DNA of 64,000 nucleotides from Candidatus Gottesmanbacteria bacterium RIFCSPLOWO2_01_FULL_43_11b (GCA_001780985.1 MFJV01000001.1:629466-693465), one strand, 5' to 3'. Positions 40,898 to 51,233 are shown, counted from the stretch's first letter. The notes: a model not told the origin generated them from the sequence alone. Numbers and translations: made by a program.

Positions 40898-41974
40898 ATG
40901 AAGTTAAAGCTTTTCTTGATCGTATTTTTTGGAATTTTGGTTGTTCTGGGTTGGCGGTTTTGGTATCAGAATCTTCGCGGCGTGAAACCTGCGGTTGGTC
41001 CTGTGTTGCAAAATTCAACAGGATTACCATTAACAATTCTGGAAGGATATTCAATTTCGGTATTTGCCCAAAATATTCCCAATGCACGGGTGCTTACTTG
41101 GGACCCTACGAGGAGACTCCTCGTAAGTAGCCCTGCAACAGGGAAAGTATTTCGTATTGCAGATGACGGATCTTCATCGGTTGTTATTGAGGGATTAAAT
41201 AAGCCTCACGGGTTAGCATTCAAAGACGGAAAATTATACATTGCGGAAACAGATGCGGTCGCCGTATACGATTACGACGGAAAAGCATCGAACAGAAAAA
41301 AGATTACAGATTTACCTAGCGGGGGTAATCATTTTTCAAGAACTATTGGTTTCGGTCCTGATGGCAAATTAAATATATCCATTGGGTCGTCATGTAATGT
41401 CTGTGTAGAAAAAGATACAAGACGAGCAAGCATTATGGTGTATGATGGTGAACTCAAACCGTTTGCAACAGGCCTTCGAAATTCCGTATTTTTTACATGG
41501 AGAAACGGAGAAATGTGGGCAACCGATATGGGTCGCGATTTAATCGGTGATAATACTCCCCCTGAGGAGGTTAATATTGTTAAAAGCGGAAAAAATTACG
41601 GATGGCCGTATTGTTATGGAAATCGAATTGCCGATACGACATTTGGCGGGACTGATGATTTTTGCAAAACTACGGAGCCACCGATCATAGAATATCAAGC
41701 ACACTCAGCGCCGTTAGGTTTGGCATTTGATAAAGACTATCTTTATGTTTCCTATCACGGTTCATGGAATAGAACCGAGCCTACAGGATATAAAATCGTA
41801 CGCTTTGATTTAAACAACAATTACAAAGCATCAGATTTTATTACCGGTTGGTTGCAGAGTCCGTCAGCTGACGGAGCCCTCGGCCGCCCAGTAGATTTAC
41901 TCTTCGACGACAAAGGAAATTTATTTGTATCCGATGACAAAGCAGGGGTAATTTATAAAGTTACGAGGAATTAA
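40898..41974 (+). CDS. PQQ-dependent sugar (glucose/sorbosone) dehydrogenase-like beta-propeller protein
   Basis: N-terminal TM/signal; KPHGLAFKDGKLYIAETDAV, GGNHFSRTIGFGPDGKLNISIGSSCNVC, GVIYKV. Confidence 0.6.
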   Translation: MKLKLFLIVFFGILVVLGWRFWYQNLRGVKPAVGPVLQNSTGLPLTILEGYSISVFAQNIPNARVLTWDPTRRLLVSSPATGKVFRIADDGSSSVVIEGLNKPHGLAFKDGKLYIAETDAVAVYDYDGKASNRKKITDLPSGGNHFSRTIGFGPDGKLNISIGSSCNVCVEKDTRRASIMVYDGELKPFATGLRNSVFFTWRNGEMWATDMGRDLIGDNTPPEEVNIVKSGKNYGWPYCYGNRIADTTFGGTDDFCKTTEPPIIEYQAHSAPLGLAFDKDYLYVSYHGSWNRTEPTGYKIVRFDLNNNYKASDFITGWLQSPSADGALGRPVDLLFDDKGNLFVSDDKAGVIYKVTRN

Positions 41975-42228
41975 GATTTCACTCTCGGTTTGAACAAGTT
42001 GATAAACGCCTTCCCTGTTATTACACTTTTAGCAATCTCTCGTGTTTCTTTTCTTGCAAATACTGTGCCCATTCCGATAACCTCGTCAAACCCGGCAGCG
42101 GGTAAATTGTTTTGTGTCAGATGTAGGATCGTGCTAACAACAACGCCGATTAGAATACCTTCTTGATAAACCTAAAGGAGGAATCTTTTGCATCTCCAAT
42201 TTATTCACGGAGGTAGTATAATACGAAA

Positions 42229-42267
42229 TTATCCAAATGTAAAGGCGTACAGTTCGACGTTATCGTT
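42229..42267 (-). pseudogene. Duplicated 3'-terminal fragment (last 12 codons plus stop) of the downstream DsbD/TlpA-like gene
   Basis: Minus-strand translation gives NDNVELYAFTFG*, matching the C-terminus DDNVELYAFTFG* of the 42657..44144 gene. About 85 percent nucleotide identity with 42657-42695. Confidence 0.55.
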
Positions 42268-42289
42268 TTAATTTTTGTAATGATCAAAT

Positions 42290-42670
42290 ATGACAATCGA
42301 GAATCTTGAGAAAGCACTGTTGAATAGATTCGTTACAGGTGAGGTTCACTTACGGGAGGGGCCAATTACGTGGAAAGAGATTAACGCATGGGAACCAGAG
42401 AATCGGGCATGGCAAGTAGCAAATATGTTACTGCAGGTGTTTATTCATCCAGAAGATGCGCCAGTCATTCCTGAATCAGTGAACGAAGTATTACAAATGC
42501 TTCAAGAGGGAGGTTGGGATGGAAAAACGCTCCACGATTTTCACAAGGACAGTAGAGATTTAATGCTCTCGCTTAAAGGAAGATTGTCCGAAAAAGATTG
42601 GGGCATCTTTTTTAAAGGAAGCATAAAACGATTTTTAAAACAGTCTGGAAGTGATACTACCCAAACGTAA
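42290..42670 (+). CDS. Hypothetical protein (126 aa), orphan
   Basis: ORF flanked by the direct repeat described above. No motif recognised. Confidence 0.4.
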   Translation: MTIENLEKALLNRFVTGEVHLREGPITWKEINAWEPENRAWQVANMLLQVFIHPEDAPVIPESVNEVLQMLQEGGWDGKTLHDFHKDSRDLMLSLKGRLSEKDWGIFFKGSIKRFLKQSGSDTTQT

Positions 42671-44144
42671 ATGCGTACAGTTCCACGTTGTCATCGGGGA
42701 ATTCCAGTTTTAAAATATGGTCGCCGGGTTGGGGGAGATTGATGAGTTCATATAGTCTATCGGAATCTACAGATACCTCTTTAACAAACTCATCATCGAG
42801 ATAAATATTTACTTTTCCGTTCCCCCGCATAACTAAAAATACCTTCGCTGCATTAAAACGAAATGTAAGCGTTGCTCCCACTCCTGGCATGGCAAATTCC
42901 GGTGATTTTGTCCAAGTGCCTGAGGTAGAAATTCGTGAGTAGTCTCCACGAGCCGCGCCCAGATATGTTTCCGGCGTACGGGATTGGATTTCATATGTGG
43001 GATTATCAATCGGCATATCTAAGAGAAGCAATTCCTGAATTTTTTTCTCTGTTTGATCATATTCACCTTCACCAAAATGTGTGTAGCGAATATTCCCCTC
43101 TTTATCAATCAAATATTTTGCTGGCCAGTAGCGGTTGCTGAATGCTGTCCAGGTAGCATAGTCGTTATCCTGCATCACAAGGTACTCTAACCCAAAATCT
43201 TTTATGGCTTTTGCAACGTTATTTGGATTCTTTTCAAATTCAAATTCCGGTGTGTGAACGCCGATAATTACCAATCCCTTGTCCTTATACTTCGTATGCC
43301 AATTTTTGAGGTATGGAAGTGTTCGAATACAATTTATGCACGTATATGTCCAAAAGTCTAGTAATACCACCTTTCCTCGCAAACTCGCGATCGTCGTTGG
43401 ATTTCCATTAAACCATTGTCCGCCGACAACAGGCTCCGGTGCTTTACCGAGATTGGGAGGATCCTTCATTTTAACTAACTGCTTTCTAACCAAATCATTG
43501 TCTTCAAGCTTTGTTAACCCAACACCGTAGTTAGGGAATTTCGTCAGTATATACGTCTGAAACTGTCGATCCCAACTAAAGTAAATTGCTACGGCTGTTA
43601 AAATCATCAAAACCCCAAATATTTTTTGGATGTTTGGAGAAGTTTTTATAAACTTTCGTCCGCCGTAAAGAATTATCAGCATCGGAAGACTAGTTCCGGC
43701 GGAGTACGAAAGTGTGATCAAAACTGCATCAAGCCCCACAGTTGATGTTGCAGCAAGCGCGATGATTGCTGCTAGGATTGGACCGACGCACGGAGTCCAG
43801 ACAAGTCCAAGACTCATGCCGAGCAGAAATCCATTTGTCGTTTTTGGCATGAATGAAATTTTAAAAATTTCTTTCCCCAAAACCATACTTATGCCAAAAA
43901 ATGTAATAACAAAAACTGCAACCAGTCGGAGAGCGTCGGAAGAAATCCCTGTTAATCTGACAATTGCATTCAAGAATAGAGTAAAGAATGTAAAGCTTAC
44001 AATAAATCCAAGAATGATACCCAGAGGTCTCTGTTTTCCTCCGGCAATTCCTCCCGACAGAACGATTGGCAATATCGGCAAAATACAAGGGGAGAGAATC
44101 GTAACGATTCCGCCTAAGAATGCAAAAAGAATAAGGAGTGACAT
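42657..44144 (-). CDS. Thiol:disulfide interchange fusion protein: CcdA/DsbD-type membrane domain plus periplasmic thioredoxin (TlpA/ResA-like) plus C-terminal domain
   Basis: CILPILP motif in TM1; second Cys in LVWTPCVGPILAAI; redoxin VVLLDFWTYTCINCIRTLPYL (CxxC). Confidence 0.65.
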   Translation of the reverse strand: MSLLILFAFLGGIVTILSPCILPILPIVLSGGIAGGKQRPLGIILGFIVSFTFFTLFLNAIVRLTGISSDALRLVAVFVITFFGISMVLGKEIFKISFMPKTTNGFLLGMSLGLVWTPCVGPILAAIIALAATSTVGLDAVLITLSYSAGTSLPMLIILYGGRKFIKTSPNIQKIFGVLMILTAVAIYFSWDRQFQTYILTKFPNYGVGLTKLEDNDLVRKQLVKMKDPPNLGKAPEPVVGGQWFNGNPTTIASLRGKVVLLDFWTYTCINCIRTLPYLKNWHTKYKDKGLVIIGVHTPEFEFEKNPNNVAKAIKDFGLEYLVMQDNDYATWTAFSNRYWPAKYLIDKEGNIRYTHFGEGEYDQTEKKIQELLLLDMPIDNPTYEIQSRTPETYLGAARGDYSRISTSGTWTKSPEFAMPGVGATLTFRFNAAKVFLVMRGNGKVNIYLDDEFVKEVSVDSDRLYELINLPQPGDHILKLEFPDDNVELYAFTFG

Positions 44145-44176
44145 GTAGATGTAGTATAGCTTACAATAGGAAAATC

Positions 44177-45145
44177 ATGAATTTCAATTGGATTGACTGG
44201 ACTATTGTTGCAGTTGTCTTCTACTATTTGATTTCCGGTTGGCAAACCGGACTTATTTATTTATCCCTCAACCTCTTTTCATTCTTAGGATCGCTCTGGT
44301 TTGCAGTAAAATTTCATGCACCGGTTGGAGGATTCCTTACAGAAAAGTTTGGAATTCCCGAAATATGGACAACAGTCTTAGGGTACGTCGTTGTTGCAAT
44401 TATTGCCGAGGCGTTACTTTCTGAAATCGGCAATTGGTTCATTGTAAAAATTCCTAAAAAATATTTTACATCCAAGGCGAATCAGTGGTTAGGAGCACTC
44501 CTTGCAACGCTTAACGGTATTGTCATTGTCACGTTTATCCTTTTAGTTATTCTTGCTTTACCACTTCGCGGAAGTATTAAGAAAGATATTAGCACGTCAA
44601 TTATTGGGAAGACTTTGGTTAAATACGCAGAAAGCTATGGGGGAGGAGTTAAGTCGCTTCTTGAAGAAGTTTCTGCAGAAGCCCGGAAGTTTTTAACCAT
44701 CCAGCCGAGATCTACAGAGCGTATTGAACTTGATGTTGCGCCCGAAAAATCAGAGCTTACCATTGACGAAATATCAGAGAACAGAATGGTTGAGTTAGTC
44801 AACAGTGAGCGGGCAAAAGTAGGAGCTCCCGCTCTCATAATTGATATGAAAATTACTGCCGTTGCACGCGCACATAGTCGTGATATGTTTGAGAGGGCGT
44901 ATTTTTCCCACATAAGCCCTGAAGGAACTGACGTTGGAGATAGACTTTCTGCAGGCGGTGTTTCGTTTACCTATGCAGGAGAAAATTTAGCATATGCTCC
45001 GGATCTTCCTACAGCGCATCAAGGACTCATGGATAGCGAAGAGCATCGTCGAAACATTCTTGATCCGGAATTTAGACGTATCGGCATCGGTGTTATTGAC
45101 GGAGGTATCTATGGCAAAATATTCACCCAAAACTTTACAAACTAA
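44177..45145 (+). CDS. CvpA-family membrane domain fused to CAP/SCP (PR-1-like, YkwD-type) extracellular domain
   Basis: N-terminal 4-TM CvpA-like region; C-terminal MVELVNSERAKVGAPAL...AHSRDMFERAYFSHISPEG...GENLAYA...MDSEEHRRNILDPEFRRIGIGV. ORF opens at 44138; start taken at MNFNWIDW. Confidence 0.55.
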   Translation: MNFNWIDWTIVAVVFYYLISGWQTGLIYLSLNLFSFLGSLWFAVKFHAPVGGFLTEKFGIPEIWTTVLGYVVVAIIAEALLSEIGNWFIVKIPKKYFTSKANQWLGALLATLNGIVIVTFILLVILALPLRGSIKKDISTSIIGKTLVKYAESYGGGVKSLLEEVSAEARKFLTIQPRSTERIELDVAPEKSELTIDEISENRMVELVNSERAKVGAPALIIDMKITAVARAHSRDMFERAYFSHISPEGTDVGDRLSAGGVSFTYAGENLAYAPDLPTAHQGLMDSEEHRRNILDPEFRRIGIGVIDGGIYGKIFTQNFTN

Positions 45146-45422
45146 CATATATCGTATTGTTTCCCGGATTCCAAAAGGCAAAGTGCTGACGTATGGTTTG
45201 GTGGCAAAACTTGTGGGCATTAAAAATCCCCGCCTCGTCGGCAGCGTCTTGCACAAAAATATTAATCCGAAAAAAATTCCTTGCCACCGGGTCGTCAACG
45301 CCCGGGGCAAAGTCGCCTCCTCCTACGCCTTCGGTGGTGCCGCGGGACAGCGGAAAAAACTTCTCTCAGAAGGTATCCAGTTTACCAATGGGAAGGTTGA
45401 TTTGAAGCGCTTCACTGGCTGA
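45111..45422 (+). CDS. ogt: Methylated-DNA-protein-cysteine methyltransferase (Ogt/MGMT C-terminal DNA-binding domain protein)
   Basis: IPCHRVVNARG active-site motif; about 103 aa; start at MAKYSP, overlapping the upstream gene end. Confidence 0.6.
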   Translation: MAKYSPKTLQTNIYRIVSRIPKGKVLTYGLVAKLVGIKNPRLVGSVLHKNINPKKIPCHRVVNARGKVASSYAFGGAAGQRKKLLSEGIQFTNGKVDLKRFTG

Positions 45423-45485
45423 CAATTAGTCTCTAAGTTTTCTCCTTTAACTATCCTCGCAAAATAAGAGATTTGGGATGATACA

Positions 45486-45938
45486 ATGGGCATAATGATT
45501 CTTCCAAAAAAAGCTTCGTGGGCACTACTCACCCTCTACTTCATTTTTGACAATGTCGCTTCGTATTGGGCGATAACGCGAATGGGTGGGAGAGAATTAA
45601 ATTTGGTAATCGCGCCGCTGGTGGAAACCTATCCATTTCTGTATTTCCTTTGTATTCCAGCCCAAATAATCGCCATATATCTTATCGCTTTATTTTTACG
45701 GGAGGTAGTGGTCGCGATGACGCGGCATTGGAAATTTTTTGACAAAACCATCATTGAACGGATTATCCTTGCTTCCATTGCCATCTACTGGCCGATAGCG
45801 AACTCATCTCTCAACGTCATGTTCATCTTTGGCTTCCGCGGCCAGGGGTATTTGTGGGGAACATCGACGTCCATTGGTATAACGGTGGCTCTAGGCTACG
45901 GTCTCCTATCTCTTTACCTCTTTAGCAGAAAAAAATAG
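45486..45938 (+). CDS. Hypothetical integral membrane protein (4 TM)
   Basis: 150 aa, hydrophobic segments, no motif. Confidence 0.4.
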   Translation: MGIMILPKKASWALLTLYFIFDNVASYWAITRMGGRELNLVIAPLVETYPFLYFLCIPAQIIAIYLIALFLREVVVAMTRHWKFFDKTIIERIILASIAIYWPIANSSLNVMFIFGFRGQGYLWGTSTSIGITVALGYGLLSLYLFSRKK

Positions 45939-46103
45939 CTCGGTAGCGCAAGACGAGAAACTCTAGCGATCGTTTTCTTCCTCTTGATCGATAATCAGTT
46001 CTTTGGAATTATGTACTTTTTTGGAAAATATGATATAACTCATTAAGTATGCATAAAGTTCACAGAAACAACTACATAGTCGTAGAAAACCAGCTGGAAG
46101 TGC

Positions 46104-46131
46104 TTGACAAGAAAATATTTTCTATTATAAT
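46104..46131 (+). promoter_or_regulatory. Sigma70-like promoter giving a leaderless or near-leaderless transcript for the 46138 gene
   Basis: TTGACA (46104-09), 16-nt spacer, TATAAT (46126-31); ATG at 46138. Confidence 0.4.
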
Positions 46132-46137
46132 GGAAAT

Positions 46138-46596
46138 ATGAGCACAGATTGGATAAAGTTTGAAGATGCAGGAAAACGCATGGTGGATCGAATAACGATC
46201 ACTAAAGGCGGTACTATCGGATTCCCGACACTATTCTACAAGAGGAATGGCGTAAACGGGTTTAAATACGTGATTTTATATTATTCTCCTACAGAAAAAG
46301 CTATAGGTTTAGAGCTTTCTAACGATGAAAACGAAAAAGGAAAATTAAGAATATCGCATAGTGCCCAGGGTTACGGTGCAAGCGTGAATGCACGCTTGTT
46401 TTTTCGTATAAACGAAATAGACTACATTTCTTACAGCCACAAATACAAGTGGACAAAAGAATCTTTTAGCGGTAAGGATCTTTTTGTTATTAAACTTTCA
46501 GAGAAAGACACAGAAGTTAAAACGGGTGATGTTGTTGATCCTGGGAACGATGAGGTTAAAAAAGAGCCTGACGTTTCCCCGGGTTCTGGTGAATAA
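46138..46596 (+). CDS. Hypothetical protein (152 aa)
   Basis: Own promoter; no recognisable domain; acidic C-terminal tail. Confidence 0.4.
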   Translation: MSTDWIKFEDAGKRMVDRITITKGGTIGFPTLFYKRNGVNGFKYVILYYSPTEKAIGLELSNDENEKGKLRISHSAQGYGASVNARLFFRINEIDYISYSHKYKWTKESFSGKDLFVIKLSEKDTEVKTGDVVDPGNDEVKKEPDVSPGSGE

Positions 46597-46856
46597 ACCA
46601 CGCGTCTATTCCATTAGGGCGATTCAACGTGGTGAACGAGGTCCGATCCCTCGCGGGGAGCCATCAGGCTCTTTTTCTACTATTTCTACTATATCAAATT
46701 ATATCAAATTTCTCCACAAACTTCACCTATTACTATACCAATTTACTTAATTATAGTTAAATCACGCTAGACAGCAAGAAGATTTTTTAGTACAATAATA
46801 ATGTTAAAACACAGCTGCGCGCATGTGGGCGTAGCTTATTTTTGTTTTTACTTACT

Positions 46857-48959
46857 ATGGCAAGTCCACAGACAAAACTAACGCAGGAGCGCGACGTACC
46901 GCTTGAGAAGGTGCGGAATATCGGCATTATTGCCCATATTGACGCGGGAAAAACAACGACAACCGAGCGGATTCTCTACTACACAGGTCGCACCTATAAG
47001 ATCGGAGATATTGACGAGGGTACGACACAGATGGACTGGATGGAACAGGAGAAAGAGCGAGGTATTACCATTGTATCAGCCGCAACTACCACATTTTGGA
47101 AAGATTACCGCTTTAATATTATTGATACCCCGGGACACGTTGATTTTACAGCAGAAGTAGAACGAAGTTTACGCGTTTTAGACGGCGGCATTACCGTTTT
47201 GGATGCTGAAGAAGGAGTTCAATCTCAGTCAGAAACTGTTTGGCACCAGGCAGATAAATATAACGTTCCCAGACTTTGCTTTATCAATAAAATGGATAAA
47301 GTCGGCGCTGATTTTCGCGCAACAATTAAATCCATCGAAGAGCGATTGGGAGCCCGTACTGCCGTTATGGTCGTTCCCATAGGCAGAGAAGCTACGTTTA
47401 AGGGAATTATCGACTTGCTCACAAGAAAAGCGTATGTATGGAATACCGACGATCTTGGCGCTCACCCTGATGAGGTGGAAATTCCAGCAGACTTAAAAGA
47501 CGATGTTGAAAAATCCCGACATGCTCTCATTGAGAAAATTTCAGAAACCGATGATGTGCTTTTGGAAAAGTATCTGGCAGGTACAGAGCCGACAATTGAT
47601 GAGCTAAAAGCGGCGTTGCGCCGCGCAGTTATCTCCTATACACTCGTTCCCATTTATTGCGGAACGAGTTTGCGGAATAAAGGAGTGCAGCCGCTTCTTG
47701 ACGCAGTTGTTGATTATCTTCCTTCACCCCTGGATCTTCCACCGGTTGAAGGGACGCATCCCAAAACGAATGAAAAAGAAACGCGAAAGCGTACTAATGA
47801 TGAATCATTTTCGGGATTGGCATTCAAAATTCAAGTTGACCCCCACGTCGGGAAACTTACCTATGTTCGTATTTATTCCGGAAAACTCGTTTCCGGCTCC
47901 TATACGTATAACTCGAGTAAAGGAGCTCAAGAACGTGTGGGGCGATTGCTTCTCATGCATGCAAATCAACGGGAAGAAATTAAAGAGGCATATGCCGGAG
48001 AAATAGTTGCCGTCGTTGGTTTTAAAGACACGATTACAGGAGATACGATTTGTGACGGTGATAAACCAATAATTTTAGAAAAAATTACGTTCCCCGAGCC
48101 TGTTATATCTCTTGCAATTGAGCCCAAAACGAAAAATGATCAGGAAAAAATGGGGTATGCACTCCAACGTCTTGCAGAGGAAGATCCGACGTTTAAAATT
48201 AAAAGCAATCTTGAAACAAATCAAACAATTATTTGGGGAATGGGAGAGCTCCATCTTGAAATCCTCGTTGACCGCATGAAGCGGGAGTTTAAGGTAGAGG
48301 CAAACGTCGGCGCTCCTCAAGTTGCGTATAAAGAAACAGTCACGAAGTTAGCAGAGGGTGAGGGAAAGTACATTCGGCAATCGGGTGGTCGAGGACAATA
48401 CGGGCATGCATTCCTTCGAATTGAACCAAAAGGAAGAGGAGAAGGGTTTGAGTTTGTCGATGCAATTAAAGGCGGAGCAATCCCCAATGAGTTTATTCCT
48501 GCGGTAGAAAAAGGAGTGAAAGAAGCATTAGATAACGGAGTTCTTGCCGGCTATCCGATGGTAGATATGACGGTAACCCTGTACGACGGAACCTACCATG
48601 AGGTTGACAGTTCCGAAATTGCATTTAAGATTGCAGGATCCATGGCGCTCCAAAGCGCAGTAAAACAGGCAGGACCAATTCTCCTTGAGCCAATTATGAA
48701 GGTAGAAGTTACTACTCCGGATGAGTTTATGGGAGATGTTATCGGAGATCTGTCTGCAAAGCGGGCGCAGATTCTGGGAACAACAAAACGAGGCGCAGTG
48801 ACGATTATTTTGGCCATGGTTCCGCTTGCAGAACTATCAGGATACGCAACCACACTTCGAAGTATGAGCAAAGGGCGCGCTACGTATTACATGGAGCCTA
48901 GCCACTACGAACCTGTACCGAAAAACATTCAGGAAAAACTTGTTGCAAAGAGTGTCTAA
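46857..48959 (+). CDS. fusA: Elongation factor G
   Basis: [31 protein letters not shown], and domain IV/V blocks. Start taken at MASPQ. Confidence 0.95.
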   Translation: MASPQTKLTQERDVPLEKVRNIGIIAHIDAGKTTTTERILYYTGRTYKIGDIDEGTTQMDWMEQEKERGITIVSAATTTFWKDYRFNIIDTPGHVDFTAEVERSLRVLDGGITVLDAEEGVQSQSETVWHQADKYNVPRLCFINKMDKVGADFRATIKSIEERLGARTAVMVVPIGREATFKGIIDLLTRKAYVWNTDDLGAHPDEVEIPADLKDDVEKSRHALIEKISETDDVLLEKYLAGTEPTIDELKAALRRAVISYTLVPIYCGTSLRNKGVQPLLDAVVDYLPSPLDLPPVEGTHPKTNEKETRKRTNDESFSGLAFKIQVDPHVGKLTYVRIYSGKLVSGSYTYNSSKGAQERVGRLLLMHANQREEIKEAYAGEIVAVVGFKDTITGDTICDGDKPIILEKITFPEPVISLAIEPKTKNDQEKMGYALQRLAEEDPTFKIKSNLETNQTIIWGMGELHLEILVDRMKREFKVEANVGAPQVAYKETVTKLAEGEGKYIRQSGGRGQYGHAFLRIEPKGRGEGFEFVDAIKGGAIPNEFIPAVEKGVKEALDNGVLAGYPMVDMTVTLYDGTYHEVDSSEIAFKIAGSMALQSAVKQAGPILLEPIMKVEVTTPDEFMGDVIGDLSAKRAQILGTTKRGAVTIILAMVPLAELSGYATTLRSMSKGRATYYMEPSHYEPVPKNIQEKLVAKSV

Positions 48960-49028
48960 TGTGTGTTACAATCTGTTACGCACGACATACTGATCGTGAG
49001 ATTATTTGTTTAGAAAAAAGGAGGATGT

Positions 49029-50216
49029 ATGGCAGACCAGCAAAAATTTATTCGAAATAAGCCGCATTTAAACATAGGAACCATCGGTCACGTTGACCAT
49101 GGTAAAACGACCTTAACGAGTGCCATTACGCACGTACTTGCAAAGGCTGGTTTGGCAAAGGCCTTAAAATACGAAGAAATTGATAATGCCCCTGAAGAGA
49201 AAGCCCGCGGAGTCACAATAAACATTCACCACTCTGAATACGAAACAGCAAAACGACACTATGCCCACATTGATGCACCCGGTCATGCTGACTATGTCAA
49301 AAACATGATCACAGGAGCAGCTCAAATGGATGGAGCGATCCTTGTTGTTTCTGCTCCGGACGGCCCTATGCCGCAAACCCGTGAGCATATTCTCCTTGCA
49401 GGGCAAGTAAACGTCCCGGCAATTGTCGTATTTATGAATAAATGCGACATGGTTCAAGATAAGGAACTTCTTGACTTGGTTGAAATGGAAGTTCGGGAAT
49501 TGCTCACAAAGTACAAATTCCCGGGAGATAAAGTTCCGGTTATCCGAGGTTCTGCTCTCAAAGCGCTCCAGGGCGAGGCAGAGGCTGAAAAATCAATTGA
49601 AGAGCTTATGAAAGCGGTTGATGAGTATGTTCCGGAACCCAAGCGTGACCTTGAGAAGCCGTTCCTTATGCCTATTGAGGACGTGTTTTCCATCAAAGGT
49701 CGGGGAACAGTGGTTACCGGACGAGTCGAGCGTGGAAAAGTCAAGATTAACGACACTATTGAGATTGTCGGAATCAAAGCAACACAGTCGACAGTGGTCA
49801 CGGGCGTTGAGATGTTCCGAAAGCTCCTTGACGAAGGGCAGGCAGGAGACAATATTGGAGTACTGCTTCGGGGAGTTGAAAAGGATCAGGTAGAGCGTGG
49901 ACAGGTTCTTGCCGCACCGGGTTCAGTCAAGCCCCACACGGAGTTTGAGGCTGAAACATATGTTTTAGCCAAAGAAGAAGGTGGACGCCACACACCATTT
50001 TTCACCGGTTACAGACCACAGTTTTACATTCGGACAACCGATGTGACTGGTGAGGTAACACTCCCAAAGGGCGTAGAAATGGTTATGCCCGGAGATAGCA
50101 CAAAGATGACCGCAAAACTGATTGTTCCGGTTGCCTTGGAAGAAGGACTTCGGTTTGCAGTTCGTGAAGGTGGACACACAGTTGGAGCAGGGGTTATTAC
50201 AAAAATTATTGCCTAA
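49029..50216 (+). CDS. tuf: Elongation factor Tu
   Basis: [34 protein letters not shown]. Confidence 0.95.
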   Translation: MADQQKFIRNKPHLNIGTIGHVDHGKTTLTSAITHVLAKAGLAKALKYEEIDNAPEEKARGVTINIHHSEYETAKRHYAHIDAPGHADYVKNMITGAAQMDGAILVVSAPDGPMPQTREHILLAGQVNVPAIVVFMNKCDMVQDKELLDLVEMEVRELLTKYKFPGDKVPVIRGSALKALQGEAEAEKSIEELMKAVDEYVPEPKRDLEKPFLMPIEDVFSIKGRGTVVTGRVERGKVKINDTIEIVGIKATQSTVVTGVEMFRKLLDEGQAGDNIGVLLRGVEKDQVERGQVLAAPGSVKPHTEFEAETYVLAKEEGGRHTPFFTGYRPQFYIRTTDVTGEVTLPKGVEMVMPGDSTKMTAKLIVPVALEEGLRFAVREGGHTVGAGVITKIIA

Positions 50217-50231
50217 GTACCTTAACAAACG

Positions 50232-50540
50232 ATGCCAAAAGGTCGCATACGAGTACGCCTAAAAGCGTACGACAGTAGAATCATTGACGATTGTTGCCAA
50301 AAAATTCTCGACACCGCAATTCGTACGGGTGCTCGGGTCGTTGGCCCGGTACCACTCCCAACAGATCGAGAACACTTTAACGTGGCAAGAGGTCCGTTTA
50401 TTGATCGGAATAGTCGGGAAGATTTTTTGATTAAAACGCACAAAAGACTCATTGACATCGTTGAACCAACAGATAAAACTATAGATCAACTCATGCATAT
50501 CGATTTGCCCGCAGGAGTAGATGTAGAGTTGAAGATGTAA
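50232..50540 (+). CDS. rpsJ: 30S ribosomal protein S10
   Basis: IRVRLKAYDSRIIDDCCQKILDTAIRTGARVVGPVPLPT. Confidence 0.9.
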   Translation: MPKGRIRVRLKAYDSRIIDDCCQKILDTAIRTGARVVGPVPLPTDREHFNVARGPFIDRNSREDFLIKTHKRLIDIVEPTDKTIDQLMHIDLPAGVDVELKM

Positions 50541-50548
50541 GGGATACT

Positions 50549-50615
50549 TTGTCCCGCTAAGCGGGACAAAAGTCTCAAGTGAGGCCCAGTTCCTCGTGAG
50601 AGGCTGGGTTTTTTT
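50549..50615 (+). terminator. Two hairpins between rpsJ and rplC; the second is an intrinsic-terminator-like stem with a GNRA loop and U7 that sequesters the rplC SD
   Basis: TTGTCCCGC taa GCGGGACAA (50549-69); CCCAG tt CCTC gtga GAGG CTGGG TTTTTTT (50585-615). rplC ATG at 50616; the only SD-like GAGAGG lies inside the stem. Confidence 0.5.
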
Positions 50616-51233
50616 ATGATGAACGCATTATTGGGTTATAAAATAAGTCAGTCACAGCAGTTTACTGATGACGGGAAGAGAATTCCCGTCACCATGATTA
50701 CTGCAGGTCCATGCTGGGTAACCCAGGTAAAAGATATGGGTACCTATCGAAGTATTCAGCTTGGATTTGGAACAGTTAAGAATATTTCAAAACCACTCCA
50801 GGGTCATATAAAAAAAGCGGGGTTAGAACAAAAGCCCCGTTTTTTACGGGAAATTCGTGCAGCATCCGACGAAACTGTTACTGCGGGAGCACAAATTCAA
50901 GTATCTGACGTATTCCAGGTTGGAGATAACATTCAAGTAACGGGAATTAGCAAGGGAAAAGGGTTTGCAGGAGTTGTCAAACGTCATCACTTTAAAGGAG
51001 GGCCGCGTACCCATGGTCAATCAGATCGTGAACGAGCACCCGGTTCTATCGGCCAAACCACAACCCCAGGTCGTGTTTATAAGGGTAAACGTATGGCAGG
51101 TCGAATGGGAGGGGATACGGTGACAGTGAAAGGACTACAGGTTGTTTCGATTGATCCGACGACTAATACACTTACCGTAAAAGGGGTTGTTCCAGGAGGC
51201 ACACATGGCCTCCTTCTTGTTACAAAAGTATGA
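50616..51233 (+). CDS. rplC: 50S ribosomal protein L3
   Basis: IPVTMITAGPCWVTQVK...GFGTVKNISKPLQGH. Confidence 0.9.
   Translation: MMNALLGYKISQSQQFTDDGKRIPVTMITAGPCWVTQVKDMGTYRSIQLGFGTVKNISKPLQGHIKKAGLEQKPRFLREIRAASDETVTAGAQIQVSDVFQVGDNIQVTGISKGKGFAGVVKRHHFKGGPRTHGQSDRERAPGSIGQTTTPGRVYKGKRMAGRMGGDTVTVKGLQVVSIDPTTNTLTVKGVVPGGTHGLLLVTKV

Noticed and set aside
42000-42170. Minus-strand ORF fragment GILIGVVVSTILHLTQNN...GMGTVFARKE in the SGDH-orphan intergenic region
   Set aside because: No start codon in frame with a usable length and no recognisable similarity. Possibly a decayed remnant but unsupported.
46574-46655. tRNA-like 3' end: CGAGG-TCCGATC-CCTCG T-arm followed by CGGGGAG-CCA
   Set aside because: No consistent D-arm or anticodon arm could be folded. 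The T-loop has C at position 55. The 5' half overlaps the end of the 46138..46596 ORF. Treated as a hairpin or possible att-site remnant, not a tRNA gene.
46660-46740. Short tandem duplications (TTTCTACTAT x2, ATATCAAATT x2) upstream of fusA
   Set aside because: Low-complexity AT-rich promoter region. Too short and few to call a repeat array or CRISPR.
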